From NCBI GenBank assembly GCA_964658305.1, contig OZ210885.1:10106001-10170000 (forward strand): DNA of 64,000 nucleotides, written 5' to 3'. Both the position numbers and the translations under genes were made by a program. Numbering within the stretch: position 1 is the stretch's first letter; each line of letters opens with the position of its first letter. This stretch comes from Leptogorgia sarmentosa (taxonomy: Eukaryota). Below, in pieces: positions 22,719-35,965 of the stretch. Under the pieces are notes generated by a model, which was not told the DNA's origin, did not search any database, and saw nothing but the letters and a program-made list of their open reading frames with translations.

Positions 22719-23467
22719 CAGTGAACTCTATATATATATATATCTGGAACGATAACATTCAGTCATTCAATGCGAAAAACGTGAAGCCTCGGTACTAGTC
22801 TTTTACGCGGTTTGGACGTCAGCCTCAGTCCCTCAAACGTCAAGTTTACGCGGTTTGGACGTCAGTTTCATTCCCCCTCTGCAAACCGTTACGCGGCCAG
22901 TATAAATGCGAACGCAATCAAGAAAAAAACATTTAAAAAATATCGCCAACGCAATGCAATACATTGTAGGAACAAACTGTTTTGCTCCTAAAATTTATCG
23001 CATTGCGTTCGCTGTCAGAAAAAGAAAGATAACCGATTCAGACGGTTTTTCTTTGTAAACCATAGCAGTATTTATTAGTATATAAATATTATAAGGTTGG
23101 CAAGTAAACAATAATGTGACTTACTACGGCTTACTAAAACAAGTCGAAAAAATCAACGTCTTGCCAACAAACGTCGCTAAAAAATAGCAGCCCCTACTTC
23201 TAGGATAGTGTTACTAAATACATACAACGTTGAACGTTTTTTGGCAACAAAACGAGTGAAAAAGTCGAGAAAATACGAAAAATTTCTTTCAATTTGCCGT
23301 GTCTCGATGCTGGATGCCTTCTGACATCGCTGACGCGATCTTTTGTCGGTTTATTTATAACGAAAACAATGACGAAGACAATGACGAACACTTCTGTCGT
23401 GATACTTTTGTTGGCTTCACTTTTCGCTCTATGTTATCGTTCCAGATATAATATATAGAGTTCACTG
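22719..23467. mobile_element. hAT-type non-autonomous element (749 bp)
   Basis: TIR CAGTGAACTCTATATA..TCTGGAACGATAACA / TGTTATCGTTCCAGA..TATATAGAGTTCACTG; perfect 8-bp TSD GGTTAGCT at 22711-22718 and 23468-23475. Confidence 0.88.
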
Positions 23468-24271
23468 GGTTAGCTGTACATGAAAAGTTCGACGTGTGAA
23501 CTGGGCATGTAAAAGCAAGAATATGAAAGAATTTAAACTAACTAAAATTAAAGTAATAAACCTAACAAAAATATGAAAATAGAATAATGTGAAACTGAGA
23601 GCAACCAAGTTGAAGTAAACGACTGGGTCTATAAAAATGAAAAACAGAAATGGAGTCTTTATTTTCCGAGTATAATGAAAGTATAGCATAAAAGATAGAA
23701 CCAGGTATACGGGCAAATGTATACATGCAAATTTTCGACGAGCTATAATTGCTTGTTTGGACCAGCTATTACATGAAAGCTTTAGATCAACTATACGTGT
23801 ATGTTTTTTATCAGTACGTATACTATACGTACGTACACTTTTGATTAAGCGTATACTATAGTGCCGGACACCGGACAAATATTTGTTCGATAGTGCGAAC
23901 GCCAATCGTAACAGTCATTTAACGTATGGATTCGTTCCTGTTTGTTTCCCGTTTGAAAGCTACATTAACATGTGATATGAGGCCATAACTAATTTGTGTG
24001 AACAAGGTCTCGGAGCAATGCGCATGCTCAAGAAAATCCGTAGTTCGTCCAGCTAAGACAGAACGAATTAATTAATGCGCAAAACACGGTGACGCTGCCC
24101 TAACAGTGAACGTGAAGAGTGTATTTTCCACACTTGTTTACTTTGCATATAAGTATAGTAGAAACAAAATACTTACAATCCCGGAATGAACAGCCTGACC
24201 GAGCTTCAGAAATTCACATCAAAACAAACATAGAAATGAAAATCTCGGCCACTGTAGGCTGTTAAACGTTG

Positions 24272-27200
24272 TTATTTCCCAGGACGTTTTCGTGAACTCA
24301 GTGGTCGCCGCTCAAGTTTGTGAGCAAAACTCTCCCGGCAGATTGGACAGCGTGTGCTGTTGAAAAATAGAAAATACTGCAGTTAGTGTCTATGAAAGCT
24401 ATCAACACATATCACTCAATCAATAATTAAGTCGGTCACCGGTTCTATGATCTTTAATCATGGCGTACAACCACGGGTCCCCAAAAAATTGAGTTGAATT
24501 TCAACATAGAAATTAAGTTGTGAACGTGGTCAACTTTTCCTTTTAGTTACGATTACGCTTAAAGTTTCCTATAACACAATTTTCAAACAGTGCGGAAAGA
24601 CAAGGGCGAGTTGGAGTTAGATGTTTTTTTTACAAGTCCAATTTTCGCACGCGTATATTTTTGCTTCGTTTCATTCCCTCATTGTTTGAAAAGTATGTCA
24701 TTCACCTTTATAAAAGATAAACTGTCTTCACGACTAAATTTGTGCGCAATAGCGTGTTGAAATTCGATTCGGGTTTCTTTCGATACATCCGCGGTAGTTA
24801 TTGGAATGAAGAATTATCGGCTACCCTCTGCTAGATCAAATTCTACTTAAATCTTCAAATAGAAGATACACTTACATTCCGCTGCGTATCATTTGTGTCG
24901 CACATTCTTTGTGCACTTTATGAGAACAAGGAAGAATTTGACATCCAGTGAAAGCATCCTGCACAAAAAAGCAGTTTATTGATCAATAAAAATACGAGCA
25001 TGCATGTGTATATTTAAAGACTCGACCAAGAACGGGATTACGCAAACGGACATCCACCAAAACAAGGTTTTCGAAATTTAGGGTTAGGTTTTAGGGGTTT
25101 TTAGGGTCATGGTTAGCTTTGGGATTAGGATTAGTTTTCTATTTAGGGGTAGGTTAGTTTTCGCAATAGTTGAGAGGCAATCGTGTTCTGTTGTGGACGA
25201 TAAGACAAAATTTTGAAACACGAAAGAGTTCTGGGGCCGCTTGTATAAAAACGTAGTTAAAGTTAACTATAGTTAAGTGCGAAAATTGAGCAATCAGAAA
25301 CGCGTATTTCAAAGTTAACTATCATTTAACTACGAAACGGATAGTTAAGAGTTTTATACAACCGGTCCCTGGTATACTTGCGAAGATTGGTTGCAAAATA
25401 TCGTGAATTGTGGAAAGTACGGTCAGCTGAAGCTTGCACATGTTGTATCTTTTTTGTATTACTGCCAGAAAAGCGTTACCACTTTTCAAAAAGTGCAACA
25501 AAAGGTTTTGTATCGAAAACGGAAGCTACAACATGTGGTGTATGTGGGATATTCAAGTCACAATGTCAGATATTCCCGTCAAGCTTGTTCAAAATTATGC
25601 ACTATTTTCTCCAAACTGGGATAATCAGTGCAAACACAACAGATTCGATACAAATTGTGATATTTTTACGTGTGTAGGTGGCGGGTAGGGGTGGGGGTTC
25701 AAACTAAACTGTTTTGCAAGGTCATATATAGTAAAACGTAATACTGGGCGTTTCCATAGTAGATTAATTACTTCCAAAACTTCATACAACAAATGAAAGT
25801 GACATAGTGAAACATATTTGAAAGTGAAACAGTACCTCTAAGCAAATGCAGCACTCGTCATGCGCGGAGCCTTCACGACACTTGTGGTTTCCACGAAGTT
25901 GCACATCCAAACAAACTCCACAGACATCACAATGAAACGAACGATCTCCGTGAATTCTGATATAAAACAAATGTTGCATTGCATTAATTTCTTCACCTAT
26001 AAAAACTCCCCAACCAATTTCCCGCCAAAAACCTATTATTTCCCAACTTGTATCAGTTGTTTACTCAACGCTTGTTTTACCTCCTAAGGTTGATTCATAA
26101 AGTGAATAGAATATGTGAAATTCAACTCATAGTTGGTTCAATTGAGTGGGACCTAGCAGTCAGATAGAAATCTATTTTTCGATTGAAACAACTTAATATC
26201 TCACAATTTATTCCCGATTCCTTATTTTTGTCAGAGCTATATAGTTCTCATAGAAGTTTCGAGTATTTGTAATTGCTTTCTATTACGACTCTCGTAAAAC
26301 ATACAGGCAGTGGTAGTCATGAAGCCCGAGAATATATCATAATGTATATTATGGTCGATTGACTAATTGGTGTACCTAAAGAGAGTGTGTTAATTATGTC
26401 GATTATGCTAATTAAAACATACCTGCAGATTCCGCACTTTTCACAATGATACGGATGATCATCGGTGCCAGTCAAATGTTTACACATTCCACAATAATAC
26501 TGCGCAAATCTGGCACCACAATTGCAGCAATGTTCACCAAACTAAAAAAATTTCATAGATATTTCTTCATTCTCTATTAATAATATTTATCATACTAAAT
26601 TTGATTATTGCAAAATCTTCACTTCAGAAAATAAATACGCAAACGATTGTTAATCTCATACTCCTTGTCAGTTAGCACAAATAATCATCATTTTTGAGAA
26701 CAAGTTCGGCGTCGCCTACAAATTTTTTCTACGACATAAAATGTGGGTTACCTGTTGTACTTTGTTACAATATACACACTTCAGCATCTTCGTGTCACGT
26801 GATTTCAGCTTCTTTCGACCGCACGTGCTTTGGTTGTTATGACAACGATGACAAGGCCAAAACTTGTCACAACAATCAAATTTGACATAACAATGTCGTT
26901 TGTAATGACTGCATAACCAGTTGTCGTCTCGGTCTGGGTCCCGGTTGGGACTGTTGCTTCGTTCATTGTCTGGACGTTGGAACTTGGAAAGTTTTGAACC
27001 ACCGTTACCGACTGCCCGAGTATTACGTACGCCATTTGCTGATGATAAAGTTGTCCTTGTTCCATCATTTCCAGACGTTGTTCTTCTCTCGTCTATATTT
27101 TTAAAGAAGGAGTTAGAGAAGCAATAAACAGAACGTAGCAGTTCATGGAAATATTAAAAAACAACGCAAAATGGACAGAGCTAGATTCCAGTATTGTGGA

Positions 27201-30200
27201 CTTTCTTTCGACACAGTTCGAATCATTAATCATGTGAAAATGAAAGTAATACCCTTTCAATATAGCAACTTGATAGTATTTAATATTTTTGTTTCACGTA
27301 ATATCTTTGTTTAATCAAGGCAATTCAGATAAAGAAATCAAATAACGCTTGTGGACCTTACAAAGTGTTTGGTACACATGAATCACGATTTATAGGGGGC
27401 CTAGGGGCTGATATTATTTTTAGATTTTTAGAATGAGATTAGGATCAGGATTGGGATCAGGTTGAGGATTTTGGTTGGGATTTTAACACAAGAATGTGAC
27501 AGGTATTTGTTTGGTAAATTCAAGTATATAAGTATTACGATTTTGGAAGGGATTACCTATCAGTTAAAGAACAACGCGATTCGATAGGCGGGGTAAAACT
27601 TAATAAGACAAACAACAGTACATATATGCATATATGGTTAATAAAAATAATGCATATATGGTTAATTTTGGTTACAACTCGAAGTCGCCAAGACTCATCA
27701 AATTGTTTTTAGCGAAACTAAGTTTTAAAATCTATCAAAATATGAGAAACTACAGGTACACTTACTTGTAACTGGACCATCCGCATTAACTGTTACCTCG
27801 GCCATTCTAACTGAATTAAATCCACCAGCTGGTTTAACGGGGTTTTGCTGCTCAGATGCCGAGGATTGGTTTCTCAGAGACCTAACAGAACTGCGTGTTG
27901 AATTGGATGTATCTGAGAAGCTTCTCGAAGATTGCGGTTGAGTCGAAGGCAGGGAATTATGTACTCCACTGTTTACAGGTGCTCTGGACAGATTTCTGCT
28001 CGTGTTCATCGAAAATTGACCGCTGTTCATGGCATTTAGAAAACCTGGATTCCTCGTAATGGCTCTACGTCCATGGTTTTGTACCAGATTTGCAGCGTGC
28101 TTTTTAGATGCTTGACTTTGACGAAGTAGATCATAGTCACCAAGGAGAAATGCGTCTATAATATGCACAAGATCAAATCTGACAATGGATTCAAAGAAAT
28201 CAGAGAGTTGATGTAAATCTGAAGCGTTGATGACTCCTTTTTCATCAAGTTGAAAGAGAATATCAGTGGCATTCCGTGGGTTATTGATTGAGAAATTCTG
28301 AGCCGTCCAGTCTTGTAATAGCATGACGTCCGAGGAGAGAAGGTTTTGTGCAAGGGATAGCAAAAGGAGCTTGTAATTGTTATACAAGGTTGTTGCAACT
28401 GATGTGGGTGGAATGTTCCTCAATGATATGGACTCTCTTCCAGAATCATCTTGCTGGACCGAAAATGACAAACCACGCTGGGATGCGGACGCCTGATCGC
28501 GGGTTCCCTCGACATTTCCTGATGGACTACTTCCCTCTCCGCCACTGGAGTTCTCTGTAGATTGGATACTTGCTGTATTTTGGACCGTTGCGGTTTGCTC
28601 GAAGCCGTTAACAGTATTGCTTTCCTGATTTCTTGCTTGGAACGTCCTTTCATTTTCGTCATTTCGGACATTCGCTACCCCGCCTGGTTCATGGTTGTTA
28701 TCTGGCACCAAGGCCTCGGCTCCATTGACGAGGTGACCACGAGAGGAAGCTGCTTCATCGACAGATGATGAATTTAGTACTGGAGGATTTCGACTTTTAT
28801 TACTACTGATCGGAGGTCTTGACGAACCATTTGCAACAAGGTATCCTTGATCGCCGTTGTTGCCCAACTCATTCGATCTGGGCATTCGAGAGTTGGACAT
28901 GGCAGATCTTTTATCTTCCTGTGAGGGAGATTGAAATATGTGACGGAAGTGCTCCGATTTTCTTTCTTCGTTTTCTTTAGCCGTCTTCTCAACTGTTACT
29001 TCGCCAAGCTCTGACAAGATCTCTTTGTTTATGGAATGCAATGCTGCCAGTTGCTTTCTAAGAGACAGGTTTTCATCCTCCAGTTCTGTTACTCTCGCGG
29101 AAATCATCCGAGTTGATGGCTGCGAGAAATAGAGCGAATTCCTTCCTTTCAACGCGTTTTCTTGCGACATCTTTTCATACTTCATCTTTTTGTCGGGACG
29201 AGAATCTCCAATATGCCCAGGAATCCATTTTCCCTGACTTTCTTTTCCAATCTGCGGAACATTGATATCGTTGAATATCTTTCTTTCGGGCTTCTTTCCT
29301 TTTTTACATTGTTGACGATTAGAATCTTCTTCTAAACATGCAAAATCTTGCACTTTGGTTTTCGTCTTTGTTTTTAAGGAGCCTTGTACAAAATCATCTT
29401 CAGGTTTCTGTAAAGTACTTCCAGGATTGTGATCATAAGTTTGAGCAACGTCGTCGTGGTCAATGTTTCCACGCCAATTCTTGTTTTCCTTTTTCTTCTT
29501 GCTCTTGTAATTTGGTGATAGAGGAGGAGAATTACGGTTTGGTTGCGCATTCAAATCAAGATCCAAGTTTTGATTTTCAAAATCCTGAGATTCTTCATTT
29601 TCTTTACCGTTGAGCGAATGTGTCATTAGAAGTGAACGCGAAGCCTCTAAGAAACTGTCAATTTCGCCTGGTGTGAGAAGTTTTGTACATGAATATTTTC
29701 TGCGATCAAGTAACAGTTTCAACGGTCCAGCAGTTTCCTCGCTTGGACGTTCAAGATAGCTCTGAAATAAATCTAGCGAATGTAATGTTTGTGCGAACAC
29801 AGCTTTGATGTCAAAAATAGAATTTAGTAATTCTTTAGTGAATTTTTCCTCGGCTACGTTTGGAGATTCGATATTGAAAGAAATTAAGTGGTTTGTATAA
29901 TAATGCTCAACCACTTTATTTGTAAGACCGCCAAGGAATTTAAACATTTGCACAAGGTTTGTCGGTTCATTTGTAAGGCAAATTTTCTTGTGTGGATGTA
30001 CGAGAGAGAATTCTGAAGTTAAATTATGGAAATCTAGAAAATATAAATATAGAATAGTTAATCTTGAATAATTAGCTCAAATTCGTGCAAAGAGGTTTTT
30101 CTAAAAATCGATTATGTAGAAAAAATAGATCCAGTTGCGTATTCGATCACGAATCAATGTCGCCAATTTTTTGTGCCTAAATCCGCTGGGTTGTCAGAGC

Positions 30201-32673
30201 AATAAATCAAGTATGGTCGAGCAATTGAATTATATGAAGAATCGAGAGTATTTTTTTTAGCAACGTTTTATGACGACGCAGTCCTGATACTCCAAAATTA
30301 ATTTTGCTCAGTATCAGCCTTCCGAGAAGGATGCTGGTCAATTTTTACTCCAAGTTTTCCATCTGCGCTTGGCCTAATTGTGGCTTATAGTCTATTACAA
30401 TAATTTTGAGATTTTGGATAGCATAGTTTTATATTTATTTTGTATCGAACGTTTTTATATTTTGCATGTAAAGTATTACTCGACTGTGATTGGTCGATTC
30501 AGTGCAGTTAATCCCAAATCACAGTGCAACTTTCTGTTACCACTTTGAACCAATCAAATTAGAGCTCAAGCTACAGATTTCTTCAAAACAAAAAAAACAT
30601 GGCGGCCGCGCTAAACAAAGTAAAAATTGTCTGCGGGTCGAAAATATAGCTTTTATCTTTTTCTTATGACGGAAAAAACTTTATCTCAAACAAGACTAAC
30701 AAAAGTTACGTGTTTGGGTGAATTTTAAAACCGTAAACGCTGTAAAATGTGAAATAAACTAAGCAAGAAAACTCTGCCGGTGAAATTTCGCTTTGAAATT
30801 TCGCTAATAGGTAATATTACCAGGTAATAAGTATGGTTTCTCGTGCAATTTGGAAAACATACACTCGTGAGTTTTCCAAAGACCTCAAATAACACTCGTC
30901 CTTTGGACTCGTGCTACTTTGAGGTCTTTGGAAAACTCACTCGTGCATGTTAATTCCAAATTCCACTCGAAACCATACTATTACCTATACTAATAAAAAA
31001 GGCAGTTATTTGCAAAATAATCATATTTGTTGGGATTCTTACACCGATCCCTTGCGAAGAATCTTTTCATCGTCACATCATTTAGGTGATGAGCGGAACT
31101 TTTACTGCATTTGGATGTAATTATGCGCAACCAACATTGGCCTTAAATTTATTTAAAGATACAGTAAATAATGAGTTCGAACACGTGAAAAAAAAATACC
31201 TTTGTCTCCAGTTGTAGACAGTTTTGACTGCTCAATGTCGCTTAATAATTTGTCAGTTTCTTCAACGTTTGCGGTAAGATCTTCAATTTGTTTGCATTCT
31301 TTTAACTTTCTAATAAATGTTTCTTCTTTTGGGCTGAGAGGATGTTTCTTCAATTCATCAATATCTTGTGGAAAGACGACTTTGAAATTGTGCCATTTGT
31401 CATCAGGGAGGATTTCAAAAGGATTCATGTGTGAAAGTTTCTTCCGTACTTTGAGCCCTGGTCTACTGGTTATAAATATCTTAATCCATGCTGGTAATTG
31501 CGAAAACTGTTCTGATATCAACTCTAAAAACTCACTTTTGTCATCAGTCTTGCTCTCGTCCAAAGCATCAACAACGATCAACATTGGTTTATCGTGTCTG
31601 TCCAGTTTAAAAAGTGGTTCGTTCAAAAGGACACGGAAAGCGTTTGATTGCAAGTCCCGAGAATGGTCAAAGCAAAGAACTTCTGACAGTTTATCACGAA
31701 ATCCTTCAACATTCTCGCACATTTGACTCGCAAGAGACTGTAGAATTATGTGAGGATTTCTGAGATCTGACTTTCTAAAATCGCAGAAATGGCATGCGAC
31801 GAGTTGACCACGTTCTTTGTACAGCTCACAAATCCTTGCTGACAAAACACTTTTCCCAATGCCAGGGCCTGCAGTCACAATCATAACCTTTGGATATTCT
31901 TTATCCATCCATCTTGAGATCTCATCAAGAAGCCATACTCTTGTACCTTCGTGAAACATTCCACTTAGATCTTTGATCTTTCCAGTAAAGTTAAACTTGG
32001 ATAGTCGGTTGATTTCCGAGAAATTCGTCATTTGATTGGCTTTTCGTAACGCAGGAATTTCACTTCGAAGCTTTTTCTCACCACTTTCAATATCATCTAG
32101 TTCTGACAAGATTTCATTCTCCAGTTCTTTCCATTCCTTCAATTTTTCAACATAACTTTCTTCTTCAGGACTGAGAGGAGCTTCTTTCAGTTCATCAATG
32201 TCTTGTTGAGGAATTCCTAGCTTCACCAAAGAATTTGAAATTTCTTGCCACAATGTTTCAAATGTAGTGTCGTCTAACTGAGCACTTGCTGTATGACCGT
32301 ACACGTCGTTTCTAAAGATTTTGATTCTCGTAATATTCGCGGATATCGAAGTATCGCTAGTTGGAGGCATAACATCCCACCCAGTCGCTGGTGGAGGCAA
32401 TCCACAAATATTTCGTAGAAGAATTGTCAATAATGTTACATCAAAATGTTTTGAATCTGGTGTCCCCGAAGCAGGAAAGAGTAAGTTCCACTGCGAGGCT
32501 TTAATTACACTGTATCTTATCTTCTTCAAGGCTGGTTTATTTGTATTCAATACGGTGGATAAAGTTGCAGGTGGATGTTTAACATGAAGAGCAGCTCTTA
32601 ATGCTTCGCCTCCTTTGTCTACCAACAGACGAGAAATCCTTATAACATTAGCTTCTGCTTTTACTGGATTCAT
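24272..32673 (-). CDS. Predicted 7-exon ~1496-aa protein: DZIP3-like HEPN, truncated NACHT, low-complexity/coiled coil, DED, CHY zinc finger, RING-H2 (RCHY1/Pirh2-like C-terminus)
   Basis: Exons 32673-31200, 30033-27766, 27092-26752, 26541-26423, 25956-25836, 24958-24876, 24356-24272, all GT..AG and phase-compatible. Motifs: FDVTLLTILLRNICGL/RNDVYGH; AGPGIGKS; IVVDALDE; YKLLLLSLAQNL...RFDLV; CSHYKRHC..CCDKFWPCHRCH; CCICLE..LPCSHKVHKEC..CPICR. Confidence 0.75.
25231..25371. repeat. Palindromic MITE in an intron
   Basis: CTGGGGCCGCTTGTATAAAA ... TTTTATACAACCGGTCCCTG. Confidence 0.7.
30472..30992. mobile_element. Non-autonomous Crypton-like repeat in intron 1
   Basis: GATTGG..CAGTGCA..CCAATCA start and CTCGTGAGTTTTCCAAAGACCTC / GAGGTCTTTGGAAAACTCACTCG hairpin end; related ends at ~7145-7220, ~51735-51785 and 61140-61205. 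Confidence 0.55.
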
Positions 32674-33410
32674 CTTTGAGATCAACGCTAAATATGGAAT
32701 TTTCCATGGGAAAAGAAGCATTAAAAACAGTAAGTAAGGGGTCCAAGGATAGTGCAAAGTTTCTACGAAGATATCGAGCTAAAGCTGGTGTTACACTGGA
32801 CGATTTCCGACAAAATATCGCAATGCAATTAAGATGTACGAGATTTGATTAGTGAAAGGTATTTAGATTATAGGTAAGTTTGCCATACACATAACTGAAC
32901 AGTTAGCATGCTAAATTCACATCAATTAGCAATATATATTCAATTGGTACCCATTTTTAGTACTTAATATCATTGTAGTCAATTTGCTGATTGGCTAAAA
33001 AGCTTCAACAACTGTGAGAATTAAACATTAATTACACAGGTGTGTAATTAATTTTTCAAATACCACACTTCGAGCCCGCGATATGCGAGCGGTAAATTTA
33101 AAAACAAGTAAAAGTACAGTAAAATTTTTGTTTCTCGTATAATTTTACGATGGATTTTCATTTGTTTGATATTGAAATTGCACTGAAATTGACTACAATG
33201 ATATTAAAAGGAAATTACACTTGTTCTCGTGCTTCGCACTCACGGTATTTCGCCAAACACGCGTGCAATTTGGCAATGTCAAGTAGGGATAATGAAATAG
33301 GCATTTATACTTATCAGTATCTAAAATGATATATTTGATAATTAATAGAATCATAATATTAATGAAATGCAAATCCTGGTATTTGATAAGCCCCTTTCTT
33401 TGCTATTTTC

Positions 33411-33987
33411 TATTTAACAATTAGATTACGAGCTCGAGATTTCTATGAGGTGATAGTTGATGAGGGCGAAGTCCGAATCAACTATCATCTTGTAGAAATC
33501 GAGAGCGAGTAATCTAATTGTTTTAGTAGAATCAGAGATCAAACATGAAAATATTGCAAAAAATAATTTAAAACCGCGTCTCAGAAGACATTTTCTTGAA
33601 CGAAAATTCACATATTTTGCTACTCGCTATCTATCGAGGAATAGATAGCGAGTAGAGTAGCCAATCAAATTGCAGCATTTGCAATAGTATACGAGTATGA
33701 TTCTACTAACTACATTTAGTATACACCCAACCATCGTCTATTACAAATGCTACATTCTGATTGGCTACTCAGCCGTTTGTCTATTCTGTGATAGACCACG
33801 GTTCGCGAAAAAGCAAAGGAAAACAATATGGCTACTGCAGAAAACTCGCGTTTTGCTGAGGTTTCTGAAGAATTTTCTTCATATAAACAATTCTGGGCAT
33901 AGAGTGTATACTAAAACAATTAGACAACTCGGCCTCGTTGACTATTCGCTCATAGACAACTCTGCCTCGTTGTCTAATTGTTAAATA
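33411..33987. mobile_element. Non-autonomous element with inverted termini and internal hairpins
   Basis: TATTTAACAATTAGA ... TCTAATTGTTAAATA; internal palindrome CTACTCGCTATCTAT..ATAGATAGCGAGTAG. Confidence 0.6.
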
Positions 33988-33989
33988 TT

Positions 33990-35965
33990 CAGGGGCGCAC
34001 ATTAGGGGTGTGTGTGTGGGGGGGTTATGTTGTCGCTTCTTGTGATTGCTCTGCCAAATATGTGGCTTTCTAGTGACCAAGTTTACCCTTTGTATAAAAC
34101 CACTTATATACAACATATTCTGTCTATATCGTGTTAAATTGCAATTGCGCACTTACTGAGATGTAGTATGTGAAAATTGATTGCCTAAACTTTCGTATTT
34201 GAAGACTACACTTTATATTCTATCGGTACAAACATTCTAACATAACATGCTGCCGTTTTCAAACTGCATGTTATTGCATATGATATTTGCTGGGATTTAT
34301 ATTGCGCAATGCAACCGCAATACTGCGAGAATAAATTTACAGAATCGCAACTTCTAATTCGACGAAATAACACGCTGAGATTTATATTGCGCAGTACAAC
34401 CGCAATACTACGAGATCAAGTTTACAGAATCGCAACTTCTACTTCGATGAAATAACACGCTGCCTTATAAACTAAACACTTTGTAGAATTGCAATTGTGT
34501 ATTTACTAGGACTTAGAAAGACAAAATTGTTTGCCCCAACGTTCGCATTTCAACACTACACTTCACATTTTATTAGCAAAAACATTGCAACATCGCCTCC
34601 GCTCCTCCACGGCCGCCATCTTGTCGTTACGTAACAAACTTAAGGTTACACCACAATATGAAAAGTTGATTTTTTGACTTTTTATGTTTTTACACAGTTA
34701 TATTATAGACATAAGTATCTATCATATTTCGCAAAATATTGAAATGCGACGGAGATATAGAGAAATGCTTTTTTTCTGACATAAAAAATTGCGCGCGAAA
34801 GTTTTAGACACATACTGTCATTCCGGCATAGCGCAAGGTGTTATCCATAATTTGAAGGTGTGAATTGGTACTGAGTTTGGGGCAATATACGATATTAGTT
34901 ACAGCACTGCATATTTCTCAAACATTATTCGCGTGCTGAATAGCGACATGTCTAAAAGAAAGGGTGCGAAGTGTAGAAACGAGTCTGTCGTATAGCATTA
35001 CATGTATTCTACCCAAATTTCAATGCCAAAACACCTTGTCAAAACTTAACAAGGTATACCAAACCGCGCGATTGTGATTGGTTCCATACCGGAGGTGTTA
35101 ATTAAGAGGGTGGAGAGGCTGATAAGACCCCGCGAAACATTAATCCGTCTTTTACAGCAATTGAAAATATTGCAAATTTCCTCTACAAAAAGTAAAATAA
35201 GTTGACAGCGTTTGAACGAATTTTCCCCAATTTTTTACAGGACATTAAACAATATCTGTGCAGCAAAAATGTGCTCGCGTTTTCGATTTAATGAAGTACT
35301 TTCTTATTTACAGGCATTTTCCTCAACCTCGTATTGTCAAAAACACTACATCAACGTTGATGTTCTATATCAAAGCAAGTAAAATGTCTGTCAACAAATG
35401 CGAACACATTTTTCTTCTTTCATCACTTAGGAATAGAAACACGGCATTTCCGAGGTTTTTGGATAAAACCGGCGCTACTTAATTCTCGCGGCGCAAATAG
35501 TGTGTATATTTAGGAAAACCCTCAGTGCGGCTTTTTGTTAAAGCGTACTGATCTGCGGTAACGATTGTAGTTTCTCGAGACATTTATCAATATCTGTGCA
35601 AAATTTCAGACAAATTCGTCAAAACCTGAGCGTGCAATGGCAAATTTTCTCAAAGTACTGCTCCATGGTGTGATGTAACCTTAACTTAACAAGCACGATA
35701 GCAATATGCAGATACAAAAATGCTTACAAAATTGCAATAGTCTATATTCCGAATCTTATTGATGTGTCTTTTTCTGATTGCATGTACAAATTGGAGCAAT
35801 CAAGGCTCCAATGCGTTTATCGCATTTAATCCTTTGTTAGATTCTAGTCTTTAAACTAGCATTTTTTGAGAATATGATGGAGCGGGCATGTAGGATACTA
35901 AACCATGAAATGCAGTCCCCAAAAATTTGGCACCCCCCCAGAAATTTTTGGAATGTGCGCCCCTG
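33990..35965. mobile_element. hAT-like non-autonomous element carrying a nested insertion
   Basis: TIR CAGGGGCGCACATT...AATGTGCGCCCCTG; imperfect 8-bp flanks TAAATATT / CATATATT. Confidence 0.6.
34644..35680. mobile_element. TTAA-target non-autonomous element with GG..CC ends (Kolobok-like)
   Basis: TTAA|GGTTACACCACAATATG ... CATGGTGTGATGTAACC|TTAA. Confidence 0.7.

Noticed and set aside
25075..25165. Interstitial telomere (TTAGGG)n
   Set aside because: Only degenerate GGTTAG/TTAGG-like low-complexity sequence in an intron; a similar tract lies at ~27435-27480.
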